The notes under the pieces were generated by a model that did no database searches, was not told the origin of the DNA, and worked only from the letters and a program-made list of their open reading frames with translations. Both the position numbers and the translations under genes were made by a program. Below, in pieces: positions 26,637 to 36,626 of a DNA stretch of 64,000 nt (position 1 is the first letter of the stretch; each line of letters starts with the position of its first letter). The stretch covers positions 2,176,001-2,240,000 of the forward strand of contig CAWGAA010000001.1 of the NCBI GenBank assembly GCA_963820525.1, given 5' to 3'. The DNA comes from an uncultured Spirochaetota bacterium. Its GTDB lineage: Bacteria; Spirochaetota; Spirochaetia; SZUA-6; Fen-1364.

Positions 26637-29354
26637 TCACCTTTGCTGATTCTCCAGATCGAGGATGAGCAGATGCCGTTCGCGGTCCTTCTCGCTCACG
26701 GTCATCCTCACCGTGAGCCTACCCGGCGCCACACGGGAGGCGCGCCACTTCGTCCGGCCGTCCGCGACGATGCGCGCCTCCCGGATGCGCAGGCGGTCGA
26801 ACGCCGGAACGACGAGAGAGACGGTGAGCCTCCGGGGCCTCTCCCGTATCAGGGCGCCCGCGAGGAAGCGCACGGCGAACGCCCTGCGGCAGGTCCCGGG
26901 AGAGGCGGTTTTGGAGAGGTCGGTTTCGCTCAGGAGGCCGATCGACTCGGGAGAATTGTAGTCCAGCCACGACGCGAGGGCTTCGCTCGCGCCGGCCGCG
27001 GCAAGCTTCGGCGCGCGCCGCGCAAGGGTCCGGAAATGTCTTTCCACCCTGCGCCATGCTCTCCCGCCCTCCGCGTCACCGATGCCCCCGATCGTGACCA
27101 CGTGCTCCATCTCCGTGATGATATGGCGGCCGCTCTTCACCCTCCCCTTGTTGAGGAGCGCGCGGTACGCCGTAAGCACGTGGCGCGGAGGATCCCGCGG
27201 CGAAACGGGATGCTTGCCCTGGGGCATGATGAGGGGAAGCATCTCCACGATCCCGCGTTCGCTCAAATCACGGGCACGCGCGTCAACGTCTCCGCCCCGG
27301 CTGAAATACACGGCGCGGTCCACCGGCGCCCCGAAGCCGAAAAGCCGGTCGTGGACGCTCCTTCCGCCCGTTGCGCTGGAGTCGGCCAGTATTCCGCTCT
27401 CGGCCAGGGCGAGGACCGATTTCTCCCTCTCCGCCAGGCTCTTGCCGAAGTCCCATTGGCCCGCCCGGAAGAGGATGGGAGACCAGTCGAAGCGGGCCGA
27501 CACCACCGCCTCCTCCAGGCTGCGCTTCGCCCACATGAGGCTCCCGCGGCGGCTGTCGATATCCCGTGCGGAACCGAGCCGGGGGACGACGTTGGCCCAC
27601 GAGTTCACCTGCCAGCCGGGGAAGTAGCGGTTCTTCTTCTGCAGATCGAAAACGACTGTGCGCGGATCGTGATTCATGGAGTAGCAGAAGAAGTACGAAT
27701 CGGGAACGGCGGAGAGGTGGAGGTGGAGCTGGATGTCATGGCCCCGCGCGAGGGACCCCGAATAGTGCCGGGCAAGCTCATCGGAGAGGGCCGCCCAGCT
27801 CGGGCTGGAGCGCGCCGCCCACTTCACCATTCCAAGCGCGGTGCCGACGTCCAGCATGTGCGTCCACGCGAACCCGAAACGCTCCGCGATCCGCTCGGCC
27901 CTCTCGCTCTTCGCGATGAGATCCAGGCGGGCCTCCTCCACGCGGAAGCGTCCATTTTCTCCGGCGCCCATGCGCTCCCTTCTGATCGCGACTTCCTGGT
28001 CCTCGGTGAGAACGAGGAAGACCCGGCCTTCCTCGGGGTCCTCGACATGGAAGAGGACCGCCGCATCCGCCCAGAGCCCCTCCCCAACCGCCACCAGGTT
28101 GACGGCCCACGGATTCCCCAGGTTCACCGAGCTGGCTCTTCGGGCCGTCACCTGGAAGGAGCACGATTTGGTCTCTCCCGCTCGAATCTTTCCCAAAAAG
28201 ATCCTCGAGGCTTCGGCTTCGATTCCCCCGCCGTACGGCTCGAGCACCGCGAGAACGACATTGCCGGCATCCGTCTCCGATTGCACTTTCACCGTCACCC
28301 TGCGCTTGCCACCGACGGCGAGGGTGAACGATTCGGTGTCGGTACGCACCATTATGAGAGGGCTTTTTACAAGCGCCCGGCGCGTCCCGGTCCTCCGCCA
28401 TGAAAGAAGCTCCTCGCGCAGGGCGAACGCCGCGGAATCGGCGCCGTTGTAATCGACGGCGCGGCTGAGGCTCCTCACCGCCGCGCGCAGCGAGCCGCGC
28501 CGGGCGTACAGGACTCCTTTTACGTGCCACGCCTCCGGGAAGCTGGGCTGGATGAGAATGGCCTTGTCGCAGCACCCGATGGCCTCGCCGATCCTGCCCA
28601 AATCATTCAAGACCAGCGCCTTCTGGAGACGAAACGCGGCAAATGCCGGGCGCTGCTTGACGGCTTCTTCGATGTCGGACAGCGCCTCCGCCGGGCGGCC
28701 GGCGAGCCGGAGGGCCTTGGCGCGCAGGGAAAGAAAGCGCCCGTCCGGGCAGGAGGGCGGGCTCGCTTCGGAGAGAGTCGCAAGCGCCTCCTCTCCTCTC
28801 CCCTGGGAAACGGCGATCTCCGAAAGCAGCATCGCCTCCTCAAGGCCCCGCGTGGACCCGGGTGCCTTGAGGCATGCAACGGCGCGGGAGGTCTGTCCCA
28901 TCGCCAAATAGGTTTCGACAAGCAGGAGCGAGTGTCGGCCGCGTGATTTCTTCTCCCTCCGCCGTATCAGGGCAACCAGCTTCTCCCGCTGCCTGTTGGT
29001 TTCCGCCACGCGGGCCATTGCCTCGTAGGCGGCGCCGCGATCCGTCAGAAACATGCATGCAAGGCAATGGAGGCGCCAGGCGAAAACCCTGCGCGCGCGG
29101 TTCTCTCTCACAACAGCCGCCGAATAGAAGAGCTTTCCCGCAAGGTCGAGCCCTCCCACGGCCGGTGAACAGAGGACCGGGGCGAGGCCCGCGAGCCAGC
29201 CATACGGGCCCAGGAGAAGCTCAGCCGCGACTCCAACGACAGCGCCGGCGAGGATGCTTTCCGCGAAACGAATGGCGCTGACGCTGAGTCCGCGCATGCC
29301 GAAGCTTCGAAAAGCCACTTTCGCGAAAGGCGGGATAAAAGCTTCGACGGGCAC
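26637..29354 (-). CDS. Membrane-anchored TPR-repeat protein with a C-terminal deacetylase-like domain
   Basis: Probable GTG start at 29354. N-terminal TM; TPR-like repeats (AEALSDIEEAV, EAIGCCDKAI, EAWHVKG); C-terminal LTEDQE, WTHMLD, GHDIQLHLH, FRAGQW, ADSS. Confidence 0.7.
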   Translation of the reverse strand: MPVEAFIPPFAKVAFRSFGMRGLSVSAIRFAESILAGAVVGVAAELLLGPYGWLAGLAPVLCSPAVGGLDLAGKLFYSAAVVRENRARRVFAWRLHCLACMFLTDRGAAYEAMARVAETNRQREKLVALIRRREKKSRGRHSLLLVETYLAMGQTSRAVACLKAPGSTRGLEEAMLLSEIAVSQGRGEEALATLSEASPPSCPDGRFLSLRAKALRLAGRPAEALSDIEEAVKQRPAFAAFRLQKALVLNDLGRIGEAIGCCDKAILIQPSFPEAWHVKGVLYARRGSLRAAVRSLSRAVDYNGADSAAFALREELLSWRRTGTRRALVKSPLIMVRTDTESFTLAVGGKRRVTVKVQSETDAGNVVLAVLEPYGGGIEAEASRIFLGKIRAGETKSCSFQVTARRASSVNLGNPWAVNLVAVGEGLWADAAVLFHVEDPEEGRVFLVLTEDQEVAIRRERMGAGENGRFRVEEARLDLIAKSERAERIAERFGFAWTHMLDVGTALGMVKWAARSSPSWAALSDELARHYSGSLARGHDIQLHLHLSAVPDSYFFCYSMNHDPRTVVFDLQKKNRYFPGWQVNSWANVVPRLGSARDIDSRRGSLMWAKRSLEEAVVSARFDWSPILFRAGQWDFGKSLAEREKSVLALAESGILADSSATGGRSVHDRLFGFGAPVDRAVYFSRGGDVDARARDLSERGIVEMLPLIMPQGKHPVSPRDPPRHVLTAYRALLNKGRVKSGRHIITEMEHVVTIGGIGDAEGGRAWRRVERHFRTLARRAPKLAAAGASEALASWLDYNSPESIGLLSETDLSKTASPGTCRRAFAVRFLAGALIRERPRRLTVSLVVPAFDRLRIREARIVADGRTKWRASRVAPGRLTVRMTVSEKDRERHLLILDLENQQR

Positions 29355-29356
29355 GA

Positions 29357-30502
29357 TTAGACGGCCGCCTGAACGGCCTTCCGCCGATCGCCACCCGCGG
29401 AGCCGAGGCGAGCCCGGCTTGCCGCGAGCGCCTGACGGTAGGTCTCCATGAGGTCCTCCGCGGCCTGAGAGGCCCTGCAGTGCCCCTGGACCCATTCGTG
29501 GTTGAACCGCGCCATCTCCGCTGTCCTCGCCTTGTCCGAAAGAAGGCTCTCAAGCAGGTCCGCCAGCTCTTCGGGGCTTCCGCCGTCGGCCGCATATCCC
29601 ATCGTCGCATCGGCGAAAAAGTCCTTGATCCCGCCCACGGGCCGCGTCACAACGGCGTGTCCGAAGCCCATTGCCTCCAAAAGCGATAAGGGCATCCCCT
29701 CGCTCACGGAAGGGAAACAGTAGATCGCGTGCGATTCCAGAACCTCTCTTTTGCGCTCGCCCCGCACGTAGCCAAGCATGCGCACCCTGCCGGAAAGCTC
29801 CCCGCGCGATGCGATCCGCTGCCTCACCGCCTCGGCCGCCGATCCGTCCCCCGCGATGTCCAGTCTCGCGTCGAAGCCTCTCTTCACGAGGATGCTCATC
29901 GCATCGAGGGTCTCGAAGATCCCCTTGCCCTCCTCCAGGCGCGACAGAAAGAGGATGGGAAGCGGGGGGCTCTCGAGGATGCGCCGGACCTTGCCTTCGA
30001 TTGAAAACCCGTCGAACATCTCGTCGCTTACCGCCGTCCTGGCGAGGCGAATCGGCGCCTTCACCCCCCACTGCCGGAGCTTTTCGGCGAACGCGGAGGC
30101 GAGAACGAGAATCGCGTCCGCCCTGCCGTAGGTGCTTCTGAAGAACCCCATCAGATGCGCATCGACGGTGCGCTCGAACGGCGCCCACCAGCCGTGGAAG
30201 AACACCACCACGGCGAGCTTCCGCCGCAGGGCCTGGCGGATGAAAAGGCCATCCCGCAGAAAGCTCTTCGGGTCCAGCGAGGGGTTGACGGCAAGCAGAT
30301 CCGCCGGCTCCCGCCTCAGGCGCACAGCGAGCTTGAGCTGATCCGAGATCGGGTGAAACGGCCCTAGAGACCTGTGCGTCCCCCCCATCTCCATTGGCGA
30401 AACCGTCACATCGTCGTCCGCCAGGTAGGGAAGAACGCCGCGATAGAGCCCCGCCACGCCTCCCGGATCGCCCAGGGCGGGAACCGTGAGAATTACCTTC
30501 AT
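29357..30502 (-). CDS. Glycosyltransferase family 4
   Basis: Start [41 protein letters not shown]. Confidence 0.9.
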   Translation of the reverse strand: MKVILTVPALGDPGGVAGLYRGVLPYLADDDVTVSPMEMGGTHRSLGPFHPISDQLKLAVRLRREPADLLAVNPSLDPKSFLRDGLFIRQALRRKLAVVVFFHGWWAPFERTVDAHLMGFFRSTYGRADAILVLASAFAEKLRQWGVKAPIRLARTAVSDEMFDGFSIEGKVRRILESPPLPILFLSRLEEGKGIFETLDAMSILVKRGFDARLDIAGDGSAAEAVRQRIASRGELSGRVRMLGYVRGERKREVLESHAIYCFPSVSEGMPLSLLEAMGFGHAVVTRPVGGIKDFFADATMGYAADGGSPEELADLLESLLSDKARTAEMARFNHEWVQGHCRASQAAEDLMETYRQALAASRARLGSAGGDRRKAVQAAV

Positions 30503-31617
30503 ACCGCGAGGGGCACGCGGAGCGTTTCCGCGAGATTCGAGCAGATGGACTCCATGGCATCCTCCCCGAGCTCCGGGTACAGGGGCAGGGAGAGGAACTC
30601 GTCGGCGCACTGCTCCGAAACGGGGAAGCTTCCCCGCGGGTAGCGCGGGTCTGAAAAGACCTTCTGGAGGTGCAGGGGCACCGGGTAGTGTATTCCACAG
30701 GAGATTCCCCGGTCGTGGAGGGCGGAGAGGATGCGGTCCCTCTCCTTGACCCGCACGGCATAGAGGTGCCACACGTGCGCGGCATAGGGTGCTTCCCACG
30801 GGGTGATGACACCATCGACAGGGGCGAGGCGCCGGGAGTAGAGGGCCGCCTTTCCCCTTCGCAGGCCGTTCCATCGACCCAGATGCCGGAGCTTCACGCT
30901 CAAGACGGCGGCCTGAATTCCATCCATGCGCGAGTTCCAGCCCAGCATGTCGTGGAAGTATTTGCGCGACTGTCCGTGGTCGCGCATCATGCGGATCTTC
31001 TCCGCCAGCTCCCGGGAGTTTGTGGTGACGGCTCCGGCCTCGCCGTACGCCCCGAGGTTCTTGCCGGGATAGAAGCTGAAGGCCGCGGCGTCGCCCAGCG
31101 AGCCCGCCTTCCTGCCCCGGCACGCGGCGCCATGCGCCTGGCAGGCATCCTCGATCAGGGCGAGCCCATACGCGCCCGCGATGTCCGCGATGCGGTCCAT
31201 GTCGGCCATCTGGCCGAAGAGGTGCACGGGAATGATCGCCCTGGTCCGGGGCGTGACCGCGGCTCCGATCCGGGAAGGATCCATCGTGTAGGTTTGTTCG
31301 TCGATGTCGACAAAAACGGGGGTTGCACCGGCTAAGAGGATAGCTTCCGCGGTGGCGGCGAAGGTGGCGGGGACGGTGATCACCTCGTCCCCCGCACCGA
31401 TGCCCAGGGCGCGCAGGATCAACAGGAGCGCATCCGTCCCGCTTCCCACGCCGATCGCGTATCCGCAGCCGCAGAAGCGGGCAAACTCGTCTTCGAAGCG
31501 CTCCACGAACGGTCCGCCGGAAAACGTCGAGGATTCCAGGACGCGTTCCATGGCCTCATGGATCTCTTCCCTGATGGAAGCGTATTGAGCCTTCAGGTCC
31601 ACGAAAGGGGTTCTCAT
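30499..31617 (-). CDS. DegT/DnrJ/EryC1/StrS aminotransferase (WbpE/WlbC-like)
   Basis: [45 protein letters not shown]. Confidence 0.95.
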   Translation of the reverse strand: MRTPFVDLKAQYASIREEIHEAMERVLESSTFSGGPFVERFEDEFARFCGCGYAIGVGSGTDALLLILRALGIGAGDEVITVPATFAATAEAILLAGATPVFVDIDEQTYTMDPSRIGAAVTPRTRAIIPVHLFGQMADMDRIADIAGAYGLALIEDACQAHGAACRGRKAGSLGDAAAFSFYPGKNLGAYGEAGAVTTNSRELAEKIRMMRDHGQSRKYFHDMLGWNSRMDGIQAAVLSVKLRHLGRWNGLRRGKAALYSRRLAPVDGVITPWEAPYAAHVWHLYAVRVKERDRILSALHDRGISCGIHYPVPLHLQKVFSDPRYPRGSFPVSEQCADEFLSLPLYPELGEDAMESICSNLAETLRVPLAV

Positions 31618-32108
31618 GCACTCTCCTTCTGCGGGCGCTGCCCGCCGGTCTTCCGCAGCACGCGCGCCGGGTTTCCCGCCACGATGGCTCCGTCCGGAAC
31701 GTCCTTTGTCACGACGCTCCCGGCCCCGACGAGGCTCCCCTCGCCAATCGTCACTCCCGCAAGGATCGTCGCGCTGGAGCCGATGGCTGCTCCCTTTTTC
31801 ACGAGCGTGGGCACGCAGACCCAGTCGGCCTTGCCCGCCAGCTCCCCCTGGCCGTTCGTGGCCCGGGGAAACAGGTCATTGATGAAGGTTACGTTGTGAC
31901 CCACGAAGACGCCGTCCTCGATTGTCACCCCTTCGCAGATGAAGGTGTGGCTGGAGATCTTGCAGTTCCTGCCAATTGTTGCGCCCTTCTGCACCTCCAC
32001 GAAGGGTCCGATGCGGGTATTGTCCCCGACGGAGCAGCCGTAGAGGTTCACGAACTCGTGCAGGACGACGTTTTCCCCCAGCACCACATCGTCGGCTATC
32101 ATCTTCAT
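31614..32108 (-). CDS. Hexapeptide-repeat N-acetyltransferase (WbpD/WlbB-like)
   Basis: Start [52 protein letters not shown]. Confidence 0.92.
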   Translation of the reverse strand: MKMIADDVVLGENVVLHEFVNLYGCSVGDNTRIGPFVEVQKGATIGRNCKISSHTFICEGVTIEDGVFVGHNVTFINDLFPRATNGQGELAGKADWVCVPTLVKKGAAIGSSATILAGVTIGEGSLVGAGSVVTKDVPDGAIVAGNPARVLRKTGGQRPQKESA

Positions 32109-33154
32109 GCCGGCTGCCTTTCCGTTCGGATCCTGGCGGGGGACCCGCCAAGGGGAACGCTCGCGCCGCCGAGCGCCAGCGAGCGATTGGCCGCCTCGAG
32201 AATCCGCGTCACCTTCAGCCCCTCCGATCCGCTCGTGTCGGGACGGGCGCCGCTCGCGATGCAATCGAGGAAATGCTGGCATTCGACCTTCAGCGGCTCC
32301 ACCAGCTTGAGAAAAGGAGAGACGACGTCCCCGTAATGGTAGGAGTATTGAAACTCGGCGAACGTATCGTAATGGGGGGGCGCCTCGACGGATTTCTCGT
32401 AGATCTTGATCTTCTCCAGAGGCTCCAGATCGTCGTAGACGACCATTCTCTTGGAGCCCACGATCGTGATCTCCCGCACCTTGCGGGGGTCGATCCAGCT
32501 CACATGGACGCTGGCAAAGCTTCCGTTGACGAACCCGAGAGAGAGGTTGGCGATGTCCTCTATCCCCGGGGTGATGTGCGCCTTTCCCTGGCAATTCACG
32601 CTGACCGGGTCCTGGCCCAGGAGATAGAGAATGATGGATATGTCGTGGGGGGCCAGATCCCACACGACGTTGATATCCCTCTGGAAGAGGCCCAGATTGA
32701 GGCGGCGCGCCGAGATATGCATCACCTCTCCCAGATATCCGGAGTCGATGACTTCCTTGATCTTGCGCACGGGGGAGGAATAGATGAAGGTATGCCCGAC
32801 CATGAGTGTGAGGGAGCGCTTCTCGGCGAGCTGGATCAGTCCCAGCGCCTCATCGCTTGAGACGGCAAGCGGCTTTTCAACGAAGACGTGCTTCCCCGCT
32901 TCCAGCGCCTGGCCGGCGAGGGGGAAATGGGTCCGCACCGGCGTGACGATGAAGACCGCCTCGATGTTCTGGTCCGAAAGCACGTCGGAGAACTCCGCCG
33001 TGCCCTTGAGCCCGGGGTAGAGCGCGAGTATCGAGGAGAGACGCGCCGGATCCTTGTCGCAGATCAGCTTGACCCGGCATTCGGGAAGGGAGACGAGGTT
33101 GCGGATCAGGTTGGGGCCCCAGTACCCGCAGCCGACAACGGCGACGTCATACAT
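32105..33154 (-). CDS. Gfo/Idh/MocA oxidoreductase (WbpB/WlbA-like)
   Basis: [27 protein letters not shown]. Confidence 0.92.
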   Translation of the reverse strand: MYDVAVVGCGYWGPNLIRNLVSLPECRVKLICDKDPARLSSILALYPGLKGTAEFSDVLSDQNIEAVFIVTPVRTHFPLAGQALEAGKHVFVEKPLAVSSDEALGLIQLAEKRSLTLMVGHTFIYSSPVRKIKEVIDSGYLGEVMHISARRLNLGLFQRDINVVWDLAPHDISIILYLLGQDPVSVNCQGKAHITPGIEDIANLSLGFVNGSFASVHVSWIDPRKVREITIVGSKRMVVYDDLEPLEKIKIYEKSVEAPPHYDTFAEFQYSYHYGDVVSPFLKLVEPLKVECQHFLDCIASGARPDTSGSEGLKVTRILEAANRSLALGGASVPLGGSPARIRTERQPA

Positions 33155-34358
33155 GGCTCAACCTCCCCTCGCCATAGCGGTCCTTGTAGGCAGCGTCTTT
33201 CGCCGCGCCGGCCTTCGCCTCGCGCCTGCGGCCGACGAGCGCCTCCGCGACGAGCCCGAAAAGCGTCGGCACCGTGCGCAGAAGGATTTTCATGTCGAGG
33301 GAGAACGACATCCTCTTTGCGTAGGAGATGTCCAACCTGATCATCTTCTCGAAGCTCAAGCGGTTCTTTCCGCTCACCTGCCACAGCCCCGTCATTCCGG
33401 GGAGTATGTCGAAGCGGTGAGCGTGCCAGCACAGGTATTCCTTCGCCTCATAGGGAATGCAGGGCCGCGGGCCCACGAGGCTCATCTCTCCCCGAAGCAC
33501 GTTGATGAGCTGGGGCAGCTCGTCGAGGGAGGCCTTGCGGAGAAGCCCTCCACCGGGAATCACGCGCGGGTCCCTGCCTTCATCGAGCTTGCGCATGGGC
33601 TCTCCGCCCCTGATCAGGCTCTTCAGGTACTCGCGGTGGGCCGAATCGTCGCTTTTCTCGTGCATCGTGCGGAACTTGAGGAACTGGAAGATCCTTCCGC
33701 CGCGCCCCACGCGCGCCTGCCTGAAGAACACCCTTCCCGGGGAGACGCATTTGATAGAGACGGCGATCAGCGCGAACAGGGGGGAGAGTACAATCAGCCC
33801 GAAAATCGAGCCGGCGACATCGATCCATCTCTTCCACAGGGGAATCTCTTCGGGAAGCAGGCTGAAGAAAAGGCCGATGGCCGAATCGGCGCCGGCATCT
33901 CCCGCCTCCGCGTCCTTGCCGCTTTTGGCGGCCTGTTCTTCCCATGAAGAGGTGACGCTGCGGTCCCAGTCGTCGGGGTAGAGAATAATGGCATGGGGAA
34001 TCAAGGGGAGATCGGCAGTCACGGCTTCCCGCGCGTGCCGAGCGAAGGTCCTTGCTCCCTCACCGTTCGTCGAGGGAAGAAGAACGGCGAGCTTGCCCGG
34101 CTCCAGCCAGCCGATCACATCGACGCTTCGCATCGCGGGGTGAATGCGGCGCAAGACCTCGCGACAATAAGAGACTTTGTCCTTGACCGGATCGAAGTCC
34201 CAAACGACCAGGGCGAAACCGTCACCGTTCCTGGCCACGCGCGCCCTTTCGTGACGGATGATCGAGCGGAAAGTCGTCGGAGAGCAGGCACCAAAGCCCC
34301 CGTCCAGACACGCCAGCCCTTCCGTCATGAACCGCGAAAAACTATTACGAGCGTTCAC
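33147..34358 (-). CDS. Priming (polyprenyl-phosphate) sugar transferase with an N-terminal degenerate GGDEF-like domain
   Basis: GTG start at 34358 after GGAGGAGG; C-terminal KRWID, KFRTM, DPRV, LDELPQLINVLRGEMSLVGPRP, PGMTGLWQVSG. Confidence 0.9.
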   Translation of the reverse strand: MNARNSFSRFMTEGLACLDGGFGACSPTTFRSIIRHERARVARNGDGFALVVWDFDPVKDKVSYCREVLRRIHPAMRSVDVIGWLEPGKLAVLLPSTNGEGARTFARHAREAVTADLPLIPHAIILYPDDWDRSVTSSWEEQAAKSGKDAEAGDAGADSAIGLFFSLLPEEIPLWKRWIDVAGSIFGLIVLSPLFALIAVSIKCVSPGRVFFRQARVGRGGRIFQFLKFRTMHEKSDDSAHREYLKSLIRGGEPMRKLDEGRDPRVIPGGGLLRKASLDELPQLINVLRGEMSLVGPRPCIPYEAKEYLCWHAHRFDILPGMTGLWQVSGKNRLSFEKMIRLDISYAKRMSFSLDMKILLRTVPTLFGLVAEALVGRRREAKAGAAKDAAYKDRYGEGRLSHV

Positions 34359-34439
34359 ATTCCTCCTCCCTGCCTGCACGGCATCGCCGGGGCGCGCCTC
34401 CCCAAACGGAGAGCTCGCCCGGCTCCGCAAACGATAGAA

Positions 34440-34640
34440 AAACTGCGGCGCGGAGTGTCGCCGAAACGGACTCCTCCGCGACTCTTTTGTAGCTCGCCGC
34501 CGCCAGCGGGTTACAGTATTCCGTCCCCCTTCGGCGACAGACCGGGCAGACTCGCGCGCTTGAAAGAAACGCTTCCAAGATCATGGGCGGGAGGTTTCGA
34601 AGCAGCCCCGCCGGACATCGTCATCAGGCGCGCGGTGAAA
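34440..34640 (-). promoter_or_regulatory. Structured 5' leader of the polysaccharide operon (attenuator-like)
   Basis: TGTCGCCGAA/ACGGA...TCCGT/TTCGGCGACA long stem, an overlapping CGCGGAG...CTCCGCG hairpin before a short U-run, and a CGCGCGC...GCGCGCG stem enclosing GGCGGG...CCCGCC. Confidence 0.45.
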
Positions 34641-34827
34641 CGGCCCCGTACGATACCGAGCCTTTTTTTTCTCCCGAAAGATCGCTTATTTTCCTTCACT
34701 CCAAGCCAATCCTTCATGCAAAGAAACATATATATTCGCTCTTTGAAGTTAGAATACAGAAAAAAAATGATTTTCAGGTGAGATCGGGTATGAAGAAGAC
34801 GGCAGATGCTACGACTTTTTTCCTAGA

Positions 34828-35517
34828 TCAGAGATTCTTCTCCGCCCACAGGGCCGCCTGGAGGCGGTTCGGGACGTTCAGCTTCTTGAACACGTTGTAG
34901 ATATGGGTTTTCACCGTATGCGTGCTGATGTAGAGCTTCTTCGCGATTTCCTCGTTGCTCGCCCCGACGCTGATCAGCGTCAAGACCTGCGCTTCCCTCT
35001 GGGTGAGCGCCGTGCGGACCCGCGTCGCGTGGTCTCCGCCGGCCCTCTTCTGCAAGGCCATCTGCGTGAGCAGGTCTCGGGAGATCCAGACTTCCCCATG
35101 AAGGAGGGCATCGAGACCCTTGATGAAAAGCCGCAGGCCGTCCTGTCGATAGAAGAAGCCGCGCACGCCCTTCATGAATGCCCGCTTCTCCATGCCGTGG
35201 TCGGTCTTGATGTTGAAGAGCGCCAGCACGACGCCGAAAGACGCCCACTCCGCCGACACGCCGAGCTCCGAAAGGATCTTCTCGTAGTCTGATTCCAGGT
35301 AATCGATGAGCAGGACCTTTCGCAGCTCCTTGGATTTCATCTCCTGCGGCAAAGAAGTGATGTCCTTGACAAGCACGCACCTCTCGCACACCTCCTTCTC
35401 CAGAACAAACGCAAGGGATTCGTTGAGAAGGCAATCAGGGCCCACAATGGCAACGAGGGACTGCGGCGCTATCTGTGCAATTCCGTCCCTTTGTGAGTCG
35501 CGCGTGACGTCGTCCAT
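34828..35517 (-). CDS. LuxR-family transcriptional regulator (CsgD/VpsT-like)
   Basis: Receiver-like N-terminus, GEVWISR, HTH LTQREAQVL..GASNEEIA..ISTHTVKTHIYNVFKKLNVPNRLQA. Confidence 0.92.
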   Translation of the reverse strand: MDDVTRDSQRDGIAQIAPQSLVAIVGPDCLLNESLAFVLEKEVCERCVLVKDITSLPQEMKSKELRKVLLIDYLESDYEKILSELGVSAEWASFGVVLALFNIKTDHGMEKRAFMKGVRGFFYRQDGLRLFIKGLDALLHGEVWISRDLLTQMALQKRAGGDHATRVRTALTQREAQVLTLISVGASNEEIAKKLYISTHTVKTHIYNVFKKLNVPNRLQAALWAEKNL

Positions 35518-35594
35518 TCGTGGATCCGGAAGATGCTCGACGGGTCGTATATTTGAATTGACGCCGCTCTCCTTTACTGGATACTAATATACTT

Positions 35595-36626
35595 ATGAAT
35601 GATTTGGACTATCAACAAAGATTGCCCCCTCCCGAAAGCACTTTTCTGCAGAACGTGCTGCGCTATATCGCCGTTTTCATCAAGTACAAGGCGCTCATCA
35701 TCGCAGTCACTGCGGCGGTGGCAGCCGTCGCCATCGCGGTCTCGGCGGCGAGCCTGGTCCTCCCACCGGGGAAGAATCCCCTGCCCAATGTGTACACGGC
35801 GGAGGCGACGGTCCTGGTCCAGTCCAACCCGTCCAACGACATCACGTCCAACATCCTGTCCTCGCTCACCGGCAGGAGCGGAGAAAGTGCCGCACCGATA
35901 GGGTTCGAATACTCGGCGCTGGTTCTCCAGATGCTCCAGAGCCGCGTCATCCTCGACCAGGTTGCCCTGGACCTCGATTTCGCCAACCGCTATAAGCTGG
36001 GCCAAGGGGACAGGGCCAAATTCAAGGCCCGGGATATGATCGAGGGCAAGTCCCATTTCACCTATGCGAAGAGCTCCGGAACGATTACAATCTCCTACCG
36101 GGATACGGATCCCGTCTTTGCCAGCCAGGTGGTGAACCGGATGGTGCTCCTGCTCAACGACTGGTTCGATCGGATGTACGGCGCCTCGACGCAGAAGCAG
36201 AAGGATACCCTCCAGCAGAAGATGACGGAAGTCAAAGACCAGATCACGAGCCTCCAGGATCAGATCAAGACGCTGCAAAAGGAGTACGGCTTCCTCACCA
36301 TCCAGGAGCTGGGCCCCTCCCAGGCCGACGTGGCGCAGCAGTTCGCCAACCTCAAACAGGAGCTCGACGTCCAGGAAGGGATCTACAACACGCTCTCCCA
36401 CCAGTACGAGCTTGCCCGGCTGTCGATCGATCCGACGCCTTCCTTCCAGGTGCTGGAGATGGCCGAGGTGCCGGGACTGAAGTCCGGCCCCAACAGGACC
36501 TCCATCATCATCATGAGCACGCTGATCGCCTTCTGCGCCAGCCTCGTGCTCTCCCTGATCATCAACGGAGTATCGAAAGTCCGTAAAGATCCGCAGTTAC
36601 GAAGGATTCTGAAGGAAAACAGGTGA
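35595..36626 (+). CDS. Polysaccharide chain-length determinant/co-polymerase (Wzz/GumC-like, no kinase domain)
   Basis: Two TM segments flanking a coiled coil; YTAEAT, LQSRVILDQV, FQVLEMAEVP..KSGPNR. Confidence 0.85.
   Translation: MNDLDYQQRLPPPESTFLQNVLRYIAVFIKYKALIIAVTAAVAAVAIAVSAASLVLPPGKNPLPNVYTAEATVLVQSNPSNDITSNILSSLTGRSGESAAPIGFEYSALVLQMLQSRVILDQVALDLDFANRYKLGQGDRAKFKARDMIEGKSHFTYAKSSGTITISYRDTDPVFASQVVNRMVLLLNDWFDRMYGASTQKQKDTLQQKMTEVKDQITSLQDQIKTLQKEYGFLTIQELGPSQADVAQQFANLKQELDVQEGIYNTLSHQYELARLSIDPTPSFQVLEMAEVPGLKSGPNRTSIIIMSTLIAFCASLVLSLIINGVSKVRKDPQLRRILKENR

Noticed and set aside
34490..34560. Possible c-di-GMP-I riboswitch or ops/JUMPstart element in the EPS leader
   Set aside because: I could not find the GCAAA/GNRA-receptor pattern or an exact GGCGGTAG. 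It is kept only as an unassigned structured leader.
34553..34635. CUGAUGA...GAAAC on the minus strand suggesting a hammerhead ribozyme
   Set aside because: Stem II lacks the closing G-C pair, the GAAA lies inside another hairpin, and stem I does not directly follow the putative UH site.
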